Origin: Chitinophagales bacterium
GTDB taxonomy: Bacteria; Bacteroidota; Bacteroidia; Chitinophagales; UBA8649
Length of the DNA: 64,000 bases
Reading direction: 5' to 3'
Assembly (NCBI GenBank): GCA_020635975.1
Contig: JACJYT010000003.1
Coordinates: forward strand, 394,655 to 458,654
Positions 17,905 to 27,906 of this stretch are shown here, piece after piece (position 1 is the first letter of the stretch; each line of letters opens with the position of its first letter). A program made the position numbers and the translations under genes. Under the pieces are notes generated by a model. That model saw only the letters and a list, made by a program, of their open reading frames with translations. It ran no database searches and was not told the origin of the DNA.

Positions 17905-20562
17905 ATGAGTAGAAAAGCATATAATCCAGCAGAAGTAGAATCCAAGTGGTACCAATATTGGATGGAAAACAAGGTTTTTAGATCGATTCCCGATGATAGA
18001 GAAGCCTATACCATTGTTATACCTCCTCCGAATGTAACGGGTATTTTGCATATGGGGCATATTCTAAATAATACCATTCAAGATATCTTAATTCGTAGAG
18101 CGAGAATGTTGGGTAAAAATGCTTGTTGGGTTCCAGGTACGGATCATGCTGCCATTGCTACAGAATCTAAAGTAGTTAATTTACTTAGAGAAAAAGGGAT
18201 TTCTAAAGGCGATATAGGAAGAGAAGAGTTTTTAAAACATTGTTTTGAATGGAAGGATAAGTATGGTGGTATTATCATCGACCAGCTTAAAAAAATGGGT
18301 GCTTCTTGCGATTGGGATAGGGAGCGTTTTACCATGGAGCCTAAATTGAATACTGCGGTTACGGAAATATTTAATATTTGGTACGAAAAAGGCTATATCT
18401 ACCGAGATTGGAAAATTGTTAATTGGGATCCTAAAGCACAAACTACCCTAAGTAATGAGGAAGTATTGCGAAAAGAAGTTCAATCGAATCTTTACTATGT
18501 TAAGTATAAATTGCTAGATTCTGAGGACTTTGTAACCGTGGCAACCACTCGTCCGGAAACCATTATGGGAGATACCGCTATTTGTGTGCACCCAGATGAC
18601 CCACGATACCAGCACTTGCATGGTAAGAAAGTTTTGGTTCCGATGATTAATAGAGAAGTTCCAATAATTTGTGATGATTACATTGATATGGACTTTGGTA
18701 CGGGAGTGCTAAAAGTAACACCAGCTCATGACACGAATGATTATGAAATTGGACAAAGACATCAGCTTGAAATTATTGATGTTTTTAATGCCGATGGTAC
18801 TATAAGCGAGGCTGGACAAATCTTTGTTGGAGAAGATAGATTTATTGTACGTAAAAAAGTTGCCAAGCTACTAGAAGAGAAAGAGCTCTTGTTAAAAACG
18901 GAACAACTTACGAATAATGTGGGCTATTCCGAAAGAAATGCAGATACGGTTGTAGAACCTAGGTTGAGCTTGCAATGGTTTGTGAAAATGGATGAAATTG
19001 TTAAACCTGCCCTAGAGAATGTGCTTAACGATGAAATTCAAATTTTACCCAACAAGTTTAAAAATGTTTACAAACATTGGTTGGAGAACATCAGAGATTG
19101 GCCTATATCTAGACAACTTTGGTGGGGACATCAAATACCGGTTTGGTATTATGGAGAAGAATTTGTTGTGGCACGTTCTGAAGAAGAAGCACTAGAAAAA
19201 GCAAGACTGCGATTTTCTAATGCAACCTTACAATTAAGTGATTTAAAACAAGATAACGATGTATTAGATACTTGGTTTTCTTCTATGTTATGGCCGATTT
19301 CAGTATTCGATGGTTTCGAAGAAGATAAGAGCGAATTTAATTACTACTATCCAACGAATGTACTAGTTACCGGTTGGGACATCATTTTCTTCTGGGTGGC
19401 AAGAATGATTTTTGCTGGCTATGAGTTTACTCCAACATTCCCACTTGCCGATGGTTCTCCGCGACCACTAGAGCTCCAAAAGCCCTTTAAAGATGTATAC
19501 TTTACTGGAATGGTAAGAGATAATCAGCGTAGAAAAATGTCGAAGTCTTTAGGTAATTCGCCAGATCCTTTACAGCTTATTGCTGATTATGGAGCGGATG
19601 GCGTACGTTTCGGCATGATGAGTTGTAGCTCTGCTGGTAATGATTTACTTTTCGACGATAAACTTTGTGACCAAGGGAAGAAATTTTCTAACAAGATATG
19701 GAATGCCTTTGGCTTAGTACAAATGTGGGCGGAAAATGCAGAATCTAAGCCCAATCAGAATCAACATACTTTTGCCTGGTTCGAAGCTAAGCTAAATGAA
19801 ATGATAGTTTCTGTAGATAAATCTTTAGAAGAATATAGAATTTCTGAAGCCTTAATGAACCTGTATAATTTTGTTTGGAACGATTTCTTTAGTACTTACC
19901 TAGAGTATGTTAAACCAAATTATGGCGATAGTCAGGATAAAGAAACCTTAGATAAAACCCTAGCTTATTTTGAGAAAGTACTACAAGTTCTTCATCCTTT
20001 TATGCCCTTTATTACGGAAGAATTATGGCAAGAATTAAGCCCTAGAACGAAAGGAGAATCTATTAATTTAAGTTCTTGGCCTAAGGCAGAGAATTTTGAT
20101 GTGATGGAGCTTAGCAAGGGAGAATATTCTAAGGAAATCATTTCTGCTATAAGAGATATTCGTTTAAAGAATAAAGTAAAAAATGCCGATAAACTCAAAG
20201 CTTATGTGCTGGAGGGAAATGAAGAAATTTATGAAGATTTCCTAGGAACCATTATCAAATTAGGTGGACTAGAATCACTTACAAAGGTTTCAGCTGAAAT
20301 TTCTGGGGCCGAATCTTTTATTGTAAAAGGACAGCAATTTTTTGTTGAATTAAGCAAGGATATTGATATTGATGCGAAAAGAGCAGAACTTCAGAAAGAA
20401 TTAGATTATACTAAAGGTTTTGTGCTTAGCGTAGAAAAGAAACTAGCGAATGAGCGCTTTGTTCAAGGAGCTCCAGAGCAAGTTATAGCAAACGAAAGAC
20501 AAAAATTAGCTGATGGTTTAGCCAAAATAAAATTGTTGGAGGAGAGCTTGCAAGCTTTATAA
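17905..20562 (+). CDS. valS: valine--tRNA ligase
   Basis: 885 aa. Class I motifs PPPNVTGILHMGH and KMSKSLGN, with a C-terminal coiled coil. Confidence 0.97.
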   Translation: MSRKAYNPAEVESKWYQYWMENKVFRSIPDDREAYTIVIPPPNVTGILHMGHILNNTIQDILIRRARMLGKNACWVPGTDHAAIATESKVVNLLREKGISKGDIGREEFLKHCFEWKDKYGGIIIDQLKKMGASCDWDRERFTMEPKLNTAVTEIFNIWYEKGYIYRDWKIVNWDPKAQTTLSNEEVLRKEVQSNLYYVKYKLLDSEDFVTVATTRPETIMGDTAICVHPDDPRYQHLHGKKVLVPMINREVPIICDDYIDMDFGTGVLKVTPAHDTNDYEIGQRHQLEIIDVFNADGTISEAGQIFVGEDRFIVRKKVAKLLEEKELLLKTEQLTNNVGYSERNADTVVEPRLSLQWFVKMDEIVKPALENVLNDEIQILPNKFKNVYKHWLENIRDWPISRQLWWGHQIPVWYYGEEFVVARSEEEALEKARLRFSNATLQLSDLKQDNDVLDTWFSSMLWPISVFDGFEEDKSEFNYYYPTNVLVTGWDIIFFWVARMIFAGYEFTPTFPLADGSPRPLELQKPFKDVYFTGMVRDNQRRKMSKSLGNSPDPLQLIADYGADGVRFGMMSCSSAGNDLLFDDKLCDQGKKFSNKIWNAFGLVQMWAENAESKPNQNQHTFAWFEAKLNEMIVSVDKSLEEYRISEALMNLYNFVWNDFFSTYLEYVKPNYGDSQDKETLDKTLAYFEKVLQVLHPFMPFITEELWQELSPRTKGESINLSSWPKAENFDVMELSKGEYSKEIISAIRDIRLKNKVKNADKLKAYVLEGNEEIYEDFLGTIIKLGGLESLTKVSAEISGAESFIVKGQQFFVELSKDIDIDAKRAELQKELDYTKGFVLSVEKKLANERFVQGAPEQVIANERQKLADGLAKIKLLEESLQAL

Positions 20563-20707
20563 TTTTTATTCTACTTGACCTGCCCTCAGCTCTTGTATAG
20601 AATGAAGAGAGCTCTCTCAGATTTCGACTAAGGTGCATTTATGTGACCTTCTATGCCGTAATTTCAATTTCTTTTTTTATTTTAACGCTCTACTAAACCC
20701 TGATTTT

Positions 20708-21067
20708 ATGTCCCACGGCGAAAATAACAAAGAGAGTAGTCGAAAAAGAATGCACTTTTCTCCCAATTTGCTTTCTTGTATGACTAATGCAGTAGATAAC
20801 AAATTACTTCTTACTATAGAATATGAATCTAGGGAAAGTGAGTCGACGACTAGAAAAGTAGAGCCCATGGGCTTAATTTATAAAAATCGCAAGCGACATC
20901 TAGTGGGCTGGTGCAAGCTAAGGGAAGATTGGCGAACCTTTAGATTGGATAGGGTAGAAATGGTGAAGTTACATAGAGATAGCTTTACGCCTAGAGAGGG
21001 TTTTAATCTTAGCGATTTTGAAGTAGATGATCCAAGTTTTGAACAAGAAGAAAGCGAAGAAAATTAA
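20708..21067 (+). CDS. small stand-alone WYL-domain protein
   Basis: RKVEPMGLIYKNRKRHLVGWCKLREDWRTFRLDRV matches the WYL-domain core. The tail is acidic. I prefer the ATG at 20708 over the Phe/Cys-rich track start at 20633. Confidence 0.55.
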   Translation: MSHGENNKESSRKRMHFSPNLLSCMTNAVDNKLLLTIEYESRESESTTRKVEPMGLIYKNRKRHLVGWCKLREDWRTFRLDRVEMVKLHRDSFTPREGFNLSDFEVDDPSFEQEESEEN

Positions 21068-21078
21068 CTTGTAAATTT

Positions 21079-22131
21079 TTAATGCATTTTCTTTAGAAGC
21101 ATCTCCCTTGTTTTTAGTCGATTTATTTTAGTATTAGTCTCGGGGAACTTTTCTATAAAGAATATTCTCTTTGGTCGCTCATAGTTTTTCAGTTCGCTAA
21201 AAGCCTCTTCCTTAATTTCTCTTTTTTCACCTTCAACCACGAGTACCAGCTCATTATTCAAGCTAATGGAAGGTAGTGAACTAATGATTATTCTTTCTTT
21301 AAAAGCGCTTTCTAATTTCCGTTCAATTTGCTCCGGATGCATTTTAAGTCCACCAGATTCTATGGCAAAATCGCTTCTACCTAACCACTTAAATTTATCT
21401 TTTCCCTTTAGTTCAATAAGGTCATTGGTTTCTAGCTTCTCATCTAATAGAGTGGGGGCTTTCAATATTAAGGTGCCCCTAGCCGATAATTCGATTTCTA
21501 TATGCTCTAAACATTGATAGTATTCTTGCTTACCGATTTCTCGAACGGCAAAATGACTAATACTTTCCGTCATTCCAAAACTACTGAACGCTCGAATATT
21601 ATGTTTAACTAGGGCATCTTCCAGCTGTTTTTGTATGGCTCCACCGCCAATTAAAACAGTTTTTATTCGCTTTAATTTTTCGGGATTTTGAAGCAAACAA
21701 GTTTGTACTTGATAGGGAACCATGGCAACAAAGTCTATGCTTTCTTCTGTAGTTAAAAGCGGATTTGCACTTGCTTTTTGTACTATAAGATTCATACCCG
21801 AATAAAAGGCACGAACAAGCATCATGAGTCCACCAATATGCTTTGTAGATAGGCATAATAGAGCCGTGTGCTTTTCTGAAAGTTCAAAATAACGACAAGT
21901 CATTTTAGCGCTTGCCAGAAGTTTGTTCTTTTCAATTCGTATAAGTTTAGGCTCTCCTGTAGAACCAGAACTTTGCACTTCAATATAGCTTTTATCATCA
22001 ATTAGCTGACCAAGCATGCCCCAAAACTCGAGCAAATAATCTTCCTTTAGCTCCATAGAATGAACATAGCTTTGCAAGTCTTCTTTGCTCCAAATTTTTC
22101 CGTTGAGTTTAAGGGTGTTGAAATCTTTCAT
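21079..22131 (-). CDS. menE: AMP-binding (adenylate-forming) enzyme, O-succinylbenzoate-CoA ligase-like
   Basis: 350 aa with the AMP-binding motif SSGSTGEPKLI. The short length is typical of Bacteroidetes MenE-like ligases. Substrate not established. Confidence 0.5.
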   Translation of the reverse strand: MKDFNTLKLNGKIWSKEDLQSYVHSMELKEDYLLEFWGMLGQLIDDKSYIEVQSSGSTGEPKLIRIEKNKLLASAKMTCRYFELSEKHTALLCLSTKHIGGLMMLVRAFYSGMNLIVQKASANPLLTTEESIDFVAMVPYQVQTCLLQNPEKLKRIKTVLIGGGAIQKQLEDALVKHNIRAFSSFGMTESISHFAVREIGKQEYYQCLEHIEIELSARGTLILKAPTLLDEKLETNDLIELKGKDKFKWLGRSDFAIESGGLKMHPEQIERKLESAFKERIIISSLPSISLNNELVLVVEGEKREIKEEAFSELKNYERPKRIFFIEKFPETNTKINRLKTREMLLKKMH

Positions 22132-22186
22132 AAGTGCTATCCTACAAATTTACTTATATTAGTTTTTAAATTTAAACAAAGCTTTA

Positions 22187-22642
22187 ATGCGGCCCTACTT
22201 ATTCCTTCTCTTGTTCGTCCCTATTTTTTTTAGCTCGTGTAAAACGAGAAAGGAGAATAAGATGGAACAAGCTCGAATGAACGAAGTCGTGGTGAAGTCT
22301 GAGGATGTTCCTTCCGATTTTCAATTTTCTGATTTAGATAAAATTCCGAAAGAGGATTTATTGTACCATATCGAGAAGGTGGAGTTAAAAAATAAATCAT
22401 TAAGTATTGTGGTGCAATATGGGGGTGGTTGTGTAAAACCCCATCACTTTGAATTGCATACCGATGGAAGAATTTCGGAAGAGGGTAATATGAATTTCTT
22501 TCTCTTGCACAAAACAAGAAATGATATGTGCAAGGCCTTAATTATTGAAGAATTAAATTTTGATTTGAGCTTGCTATACCAATTGGAGTCAAAGTTGTTA
22601 AAAGGCATCGTTTTAAATAAAGATTTCAAGCTTAGTCTGTAA
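22187..22642 (+). CDS. hypothetical lipoprotein
   Basis: Lipobox FFSSC. Its stop codon abuts the rnhA ATG (TAAATG). It shares a two-Cys pattern with the product of 40798..41217. Confidence 0.5.
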   Translation: MRPYLFLLLFVPIFFSSCKTRKENKMEQARMNEVVVKSEDVPSDFQFSDLDKIPKEDLLYHIEKVELKNKSLSIVVQYGGGCVKPHHFELHTDGRISEEGNMNFFLLHKTRNDMCKALIIEELNFDLSLLYQLESKLLKGIVLNKDFKLSL

Positions 22643-23116
22643 ATGCAAATTATTATTCATACAGACGGAGCTGCTCAAGGCAATCCAGGTAAAGGAGGCT
22701 ACGGCATCGTAATGCAAGCTGGAAAGCATTACAAGGAACTTTCGGCGGGTTATAGACATACCACTAATAATAGGATGGAGCTTTTAGCTGTAATTGTTGC
22801 TTTAGAAGCAATCTTGATAGAAAACGCCCAAGTTCTGGTGGTTTCTGATTCTAAATATGTGGTCGATTCGATAGAAAAGAAATGGGTTTTTTCTTGGGAA
22901 AAGAAGGGGTTTGCCAAGAAAAAAAACCCCGATCTCTGGAAACGTTTTTTGCTTGTTTACAGAAAACATAAAGTACAATTTAAATGGATCAAAGGACATG
23001 CTGGTCACCCATTAAACGAAAGATGCGATGCTTTGGCTGTACAAGCAGCTTCATCTTCTAGTTTACTAGTAGATGAATATTACGAAACTCATGGAAAGGA
23101 CGAGAGTTTATTCTAG
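22643..23116 (+). CDS. rnhA: ribonuclease HI
   Basis: 157 aa. Motifs HTDGAAQGNPGKGGYG, TNNRMEL, DSKY, GHAGHPLNERCDALA. Confidence 0.9.
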   Translation: MQIIIHTDGAAQGNPGKGGYGIVMQAGKHYKELSAGYRHTTNNRMELLAVIVALEAILIENAQVLVVSDSKYVVDSIEKKWVFSWEKKGFAKKKNPDLWKRFLLVYRKHKVQFKWIKGHAGHPLNERCDALAVQAASSSSLLVDEYYETHGKDESLF

Positions 23117-23853
23117 ATAGAAGAATCGTGCGTCTTAGCAGATGACTCCACCAAATTGTAAATGCCACGCATTTCTTTTTCGCTAAGAAGTCGCCACTTA
23201 CCAATTTTCAAGTCGAGATTAATATTCATTATTCTCGTTCTTTTTAAACTTAATACGCTATAGCCTAAATAATCGCACATTCTTCTAATTTGCCTATTTA
23301 AACCTTGAGTTAGAATAATTTTAAACTCATTTCTTCCCGTTTGCTTAACTACACATTTTTTTGTAATCGTACCTAATATGGGAATGCCATTCGACATCCG
23401 ATCTACAAAATCTTTGGTAATAGGCTTATTCACACTAACTATGTATTCTTTTTCGTGATTGTTTCTTGCACGTAAAATTTTATTCACAATGTCGCCATCA
23501 CTAGTAAGAAAAATTAAGCCCTCGCTTGCCTTATCTAATCGTCCAATAGGGAATATTCGTTTAGGATAGTTTATATAATCGATAATATTGTCTTTTTCCA
23601 CACCAACATCGGTAGTACAAACGATACCAACGGGCTTGTTAAAGGCCAAATAGACATGTTTTTCTTTGGGTTTAGAAACATATTTACCATCTACTTGCAC
23701 ACTATCATTCGGACCTATTTTGCTTCCCATTTCAGGAACTTTCCCATTCACCTTTACCCTTCCTTCCTCAATTAATTTATCTGCAGCACGACGCGAACAA
23801 TAGCCGATTTCGCTAAGATATTTATTGATTCTTTTTTGGTCTTGAGCATCCAT
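23113..23853 (-). CDS. rluF: 23S rRNA pseudouridine synthase F
   Basis: S4 domain (RINKYLSEIGYCSRRAADKLI) plus GRLDKASEGLIFLT and GLNRQIRRMC. It aligns along its whole length with the E. coli RluF sequence as I recall it. Confidence 0.85.
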   Translation of the reverse strand: MDAQDQKRINKYLSEIGYCSRRAADKLIEEGRVKVNGKVPEMGSKIGPNDSVQVDGKYVSKPKEKHVYLAFNKPVGIVCTTDVGVEKDNIIDYINYPKRIFPIGRLDKASEGLIFLTSDGDIVNKILRARNNHEKEYIVSVNKPITKDFVDRMSNGIPILGTITKKCVVKQTGRNEFKIILTQGLNRQIRRMCDYLGYSVLSLKRTRIMNINLDLKIGKWRLLSEKEMRGIYNLVESSAKTHDSSI

Positions 23854-23861
23854 AATACTGG

Positions 23862-23869
23862 CAAAGATA
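23862..23869 (-). promoter_or_regulatory. -7 promoter box (TATCTTTG on the minus strand) upstream of rluF
   Basis: Plus-strand CAAAGATA, 8 nt before the rluF ATG. Confidence 0.4.
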
Positions 23870-24045
23870 TAAAATACTGCACTAGAATAAATTAGTTATT
23901 TATTAGCGCTTTACCATTACCACTACAAGCGCCAATTAATACATAGTTTTTATTATTTAGAAACTAGGAAAACTAAAAAAAGTTTAATTGCCAATTTAGA
24001 TTGTTATTTTCGAAGAACAAAAAGAAATTATATTTACAGCAACAA

Positions 24046-25473
24046 ATGCCTAAAGGACTTTTTAAAAATATTTTTGTACTGCTTTTAGCCAATTTACTTA
24101 TTAAGCCTTTGTGGATTTTTGGAGTAGATTTAAAAGTACAGAATATTCTAGGCGCCGAAGAATACGGACTCTATTTTGTTGTTTTTAATTTCTCCTTTCT
24201 ATTCCATATTCTTTTAGATCTTGGCATTAATCAATTTCATAATCGCGAACTAGCGCAAAACCCAAGTTTGTTAGAAAGCCATTTTGGGAAGCTTTTTGTT
24301 TTGAAACTTTTGTTTTCTTTTGCCTACTTTGTAATTACTTTTCTACTCGCTTTAAGCTTTTCCTATTCACCCGAAAAAATGCAATTGCTTTTCTTTTTGG
24401 CTCTACAACAAGTACTGCATTCCTTTATTCTATTTAGTCGAAGCAATTTTACCGCCTTACAATGGTATGCTTGGGATGCTTTCTTTTCGGTATTCGAGAG
24501 GTGCTTAAGTATTTTGTTTTGTCTGGTACTGCTTTATTCTAATTTCTTTGTAGAGTTTAAACTTCTCTATTTTATATATGCGCAAAGTCTTGCCTTGGCA
24601 CTAGGAGCTATCGGCTCGGTTCTCGTCGTCGTTTTTAAAGGGAAGCTAAGGTGGCCAAGTCTAAATTTTGATGGCATTTTGCCTTTAATAAAATTAGCTC
24701 TTCCATTTGCTTTAGTGGTTTTATTGATGACCATTTATACTAGAATTGATGCCGTGATGCTCGATAAGCTTTTGCCTCAAAGTGGCGATGAGGAAGCAGG
24801 TATCTATGCGGCTGGTTATCGACTCTTAGATGCGGTTAATATGATACCTTTCTTGTTAGCATCGCTGCTCATTCCGAATTTCGCGCGCCAATTAAAAAAT
24901 TCAGAAGATTTTAAACCAATTCTTTGGACAGCCTTTGATTTGTTTATAGCCTTATGCATTCCTTTCGTACTTTTCATAGCCTTTTTCTACCAACAGCTAC
25001 TGGATTTTCTCTACCCAAGTAATAGTCCAATTTGGAACCTAAGTTTTCGCTTTTTACTTTTCAGCTTCCCAGCTATTTTTCTCTCTTATATTTTTGGTGG
25101 CTTTCTTACCGCAGCTGGCAGAATGAATTTAATTAGTTTCTTCGCCTTGCTTACTATTTTACTCAATTTAACTTTGAATCTTATTTGGATTCCCAAATAC
25201 GGCGCGAGTGGCGCAGCGGTAGCTACTTTCATTTCACAATACCTAATGGCTTTTGCACAAATGTTCTATGTAATTTATCATTGGAAATTGAAATGGCAAG
25301 TGGTTAAACTTGTTAAAGCAGTAATTTACCTGCTTTTACTTTCTGTATCCCTCTTCTTAATTTTAGAATTGAATAGTACTTGGATCTTGAAATTCTTATT
25401 CTTTACTTTTATTGCCATACTTTTGTCTTTAGCTTTGCGTTTGATTGATGTACAAAAACTACTCAAGCTATAA
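24046..25473 (+). CDS. wzx: polysaccharide/oligosaccharide flippase (Wzx, MOP superfamily)
   Basis: Polytopic membrane protein of ~475 aa. The ATG at 24046 (MPKGLFKN) is preferred to the TTG at 24001 because a TATATTTA -7-like box sits at 24029-24036. Confidence 0.65.
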   Translation: MPKGLFKNIFVLLLANLLIKPLWIFGVDLKVQNILGAEEYGLYFVVFNFSFLFHILLDLGINQFHNRELAQNPSLLESHFGKLFVLKLLFSFAYFVITFLLALSFSYSPEKMQLLFFLALQQVLHSFILFSRSNFTALQWYAWDAFFSVFERCLSILFCLVLLYSNFFVEFKLLYFIYAQSLALALGAIGSVLVVVFKGKLRWPSLNFDGILPLIKLALPFALVVLLMTIYTRIDAVMLDKLLPQSGDEEAGIYAAGYRLLDAVNMIPFLLASLLIPNFARQLKNSEDFKPILWTAFDLFIALCIPFVLFIAFFYQQLLDFLYPSNSPIWNLSFRFLLFSFPAIFLSYIFGGFLTAAGRMNLISFFALLTILLNLTLNLIWIPKYGASGAAVATFISQYLMAFAQMFYVIYHWKLKWQVVKLVKAVIYLLLLSVSLFLILELNSTWILKFLFFTFIAILLSLALRLIDVQKLLKL

Positions 25474-25487
25474 TTAAACCCTATTCT

Positions 25488-26372
25488 ATGAATTCAGATT
25501 TTAATTTGATTGCCGTTATAAAAACCTTGTTAAAATGGAAATGGCATATTCTTGCTTTTACACTTTTCTCCTCTATAGCCGCGGTTATTATGACAGTCTT
25601 TGTGATGAAACCCTACTATCAAAGTTTTGCTTTAGTGTATCCTACCAATCAAAGTATGGCAGATAGAAGCTCCTTATTTGGAAACGAAGCAATTGATGCA
25701 GAGAATTACTACTATGGCTCCAAGCACGATGCGAATAGAATAATAACCATAGCCACTGCTTCGAATTTGGTGCAATACATTATCCAGAAATATAATTTAG
25801 TAGAACACTACGAATTTAAAGGAAAAAAGTACGAAGCAAGCAATACTACCGAAGAGTTTATGGAGAACTATCAAGTGTACAAAACGGATAAGGATGCGAT
25901 ACGAATTAATTTGATAGACACAGACCCTGTGCTAGCCGCAGAAATAGTAAATGAAGTAGTGGCAACTATTGCCAATGAAACGACTCGTCCGATAGAAGCA
26001 AATAAGCAGCAATTGGCAGATTTATTTGCACAAAAAGCCCTAGAGAAAAAAGCGCAAAGTGATTCCTTGCAAAGTGCTTTAGAAACGACCTCTTTAAATT
26101 CGAATACTTATGCCATTCAAAAAGCCTTGTATGAAAATAGTTTAGAAGAATATTACGAAATTTCTAAGCTTGCAGAAGAGTATGAAATGGCAGCACAGCA
26201 AAGCATGGCTGGAATAGAAATTATAGAACATGCCTACCCTGCAGAGAGAAAACTGAAGCCTGTGCGGTCAAAGATCTGTATAGCTGTTAGCTTACTATCT
26301 TTTCTTCTTGCCTGTTTAGGCGCTTTAGGAATGGAGCAAATTGCATATATCCAAGAAGAACTGAAGAAGTAG
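25488..26372 (+). CDS. Wzz-like chain-length determinant protein
   Basis: N-terminal TM with a Wzz-like motif (LLKWKWHILAFTLFSSIAAVI...KPYYQS), a coiled-coil middle region and a C-terminal TM. Confidence 0.6.
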   Translation: MNSDFNLIAVIKTLLKWKWHILAFTLFSSIAAVIMTVFVMKPYYQSFALVYPTNQSMADRSSLFGNEAIDAENYYYGSKHDANRIITIATASNLVQYIIQKYNLVEHYEFKGKKYEASNTTEEFMENYQVYKTDKDAIRINLIDTDPVLAAEIVNEVVATIANETTRPIEANKQQLADLFAQKALEKKAQSDSLQSALETTSLNSNTYAIQKALYENSLEEYYEISKLAEEYEMAAQQSMAGIEIIEHAYPAERKLKPVRSKICIAVSLLSFLLACLGALGMEQIAYIQEELKK

Positions 26373-26383
26373 CAAAGAGCTCC

Positions 26384-27826
26384 ATGTTAGCGGAACTTCA
26401 CATAAAGCAAAAACATTCGTATTTATACTTGGGCTTTGCTATGCTTAGCACTTTATGTTTGCTTGCAGCATTTTATTTTGAGCAAAAAGCCTTGTTGGCT
26501 CTTCCCTTTGTGGCGCTCTTAGGACTTTGGGCTATCGTAAATTTTAGAACTTTGTATTTTTTTCTGCTTGCTTTAATTCCCTTATCCATAGAGTTTGATG
26601 TAAGCGAAGGCTTAGCTACAGATTTACCAACTGAGCCCTTAATGATGGGTTTTTTGCTAATTTCAAGTGCTTACCTCTTACAAAATCTTAGAAAAATAGA
26701 TTTCTCTTTCTTCAAAAATCCAGTAATGCTCTTTTTAATTCTGCATTTAATCTGGATACTCTTTGTTTCTATTTTCTCTACTGTTCCCTTATTCTCTTTC
26801 AAATTTATCTTAGCAAAGTGGTGGTATGTAAGTGCTTTTCTTTTAACGAGCGCTGTAGTACTTCGCGATATGAAAGATTTAAGAACCGCTTTTTGGTGCG
26901 TTTTTATTCCCCTAAGTTTTACCGTAGTTTTAAGTCTTGTGCGACATGCCCTGGCCGGTTTTGCCTTCGATGCCATTAATCCCGTATTGCGCCCTTTTTA
27001 TAGAAACCATGTTAATTATGCTGCGATATTAAGCGTTTTTCTTCCTTTTGTAATCTTTGCACGTACATGGTATGCCAAGTATAGTTTCAAGTATTTCATC
27101 TTAGTGTTTTCTGTTGTTCTCTTTCTTGTTGGAATTTATTTTTCTTATACTAGGGCTTCCTATTTAGCTGTATTGGCGGTTTTTGCTGCCTACTTTATTT
27201 TTCAACATAAGCTTACAAAATTGGCGGTATTAGCATCTTTTGTGGTCTTGTTTTTTGTTGGACAATTTATCATTCATCAGAATCACTATTTAGCCTATAC
27301 GCCTTCTACAAAAACCGTATCGCAACACGAATTGGGAGATTTGGTAGATGCCACCTTTAAGGCAGAAGATGTTAGTAGTATGGAGCGAATTTATCGTTGG
27401 ATAGCTGCTATTCATATGATAGGAGATCGTCCGCTTGTTGGTTTTGGTCCGAATGCTTTTGTAGAGAATTATAAAAATTACACTGTCTTTATATTTGAAA
27501 CTTGGATAAGTGATAACCAAGAGCGGAGTGGGGTTCATAACTATTTTCTAATGACCGCAGTAGAACAAGGTTTGCCTGGACTTCTAATTTTTATTGGTTT
27601 ACTAGTTTCCATTTTTGTTTGGGGAGAAAAACAATTGCATCAATTAAGTGGCAATCTTAAACCAATGTATATGGCAGTAATGCTCTCTATGATAGCCTTG
27701 CTAGTTAACCTACTTTTCAGCGATATGATAGAAGTAGATAAAACAGGTTCTTTCTTCTTCTTCAATCTAGCTCTTTTAATTCTATTGCCAAGAGCATTTA
27801 AAGGATTGGTACAAGAAAAGCAGTAG
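26384..27826 (+). CDS. O-antigen ligase/polymerase family membrane protein (Wzy_C-like)
   Basis: 480 aa with about 10 or more TM segments and a large loop with YSYTRASYLAV. Confidence 0.6.
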   Translation: MLAELHIKQKHSYLYLGFAMLSTLCLLAAFYFEQKALLALPFVALLGLWAIVNFRTLYFFLLALIPLSIEFDVSEGLATDLPTEPLMMGFLLISSAYLLQNLRKIDFSFFKNPVMLFLILHLIWILFVSIFSTVPLFSFKFILAKWWYVSAFLLTSAVVLRDMKDLRTAFWCVFIPLSFTVVLSLVRHALAGFAFDAINPVLRPFYRNHVNYAAILSVFLPFVIFARTWYAKYSFKYFILVFSVVLFLVGIYFSYTRASYLAVLAVFAAYFIFQHKLTKLAVLASFVVLFFVGQFIIHQNHYLAYTPSTKTVSQHELGDLVDATFKAEDVSSMERIYRWIAAIHMIGDRPLVGFGPNAFVENYKNYTVFIFETWISDNQERSGVHNYFLMTAVEQGLPGLLIFIGLLVSIFVWGEKQLHQLSGNLKPMYMAVMLSMIALLVNLLFSDMIEVDKTGSFFFFNLALLILLPRAFKGLVQEKQ

Positions 27827-27880
27827 ATAATGGTCCATTTTGGCTCTAATTTTTATTTCTAAGGAATATAATGTTTGAAT

Positions 27881-27888
27881 TATCTTTG
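27881..27888 (+). promoter_or_regulatory. -7 promoter box TATCTTTG upstream of the proline dehydrogenase gene
   Basis: Exact TAnnTTTG match, 18 nt before the ATG at 27907. Confidence 0.45.
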
Positions 27889-27906
27889 CAGCTCCTAAAC
27901 TAATCT

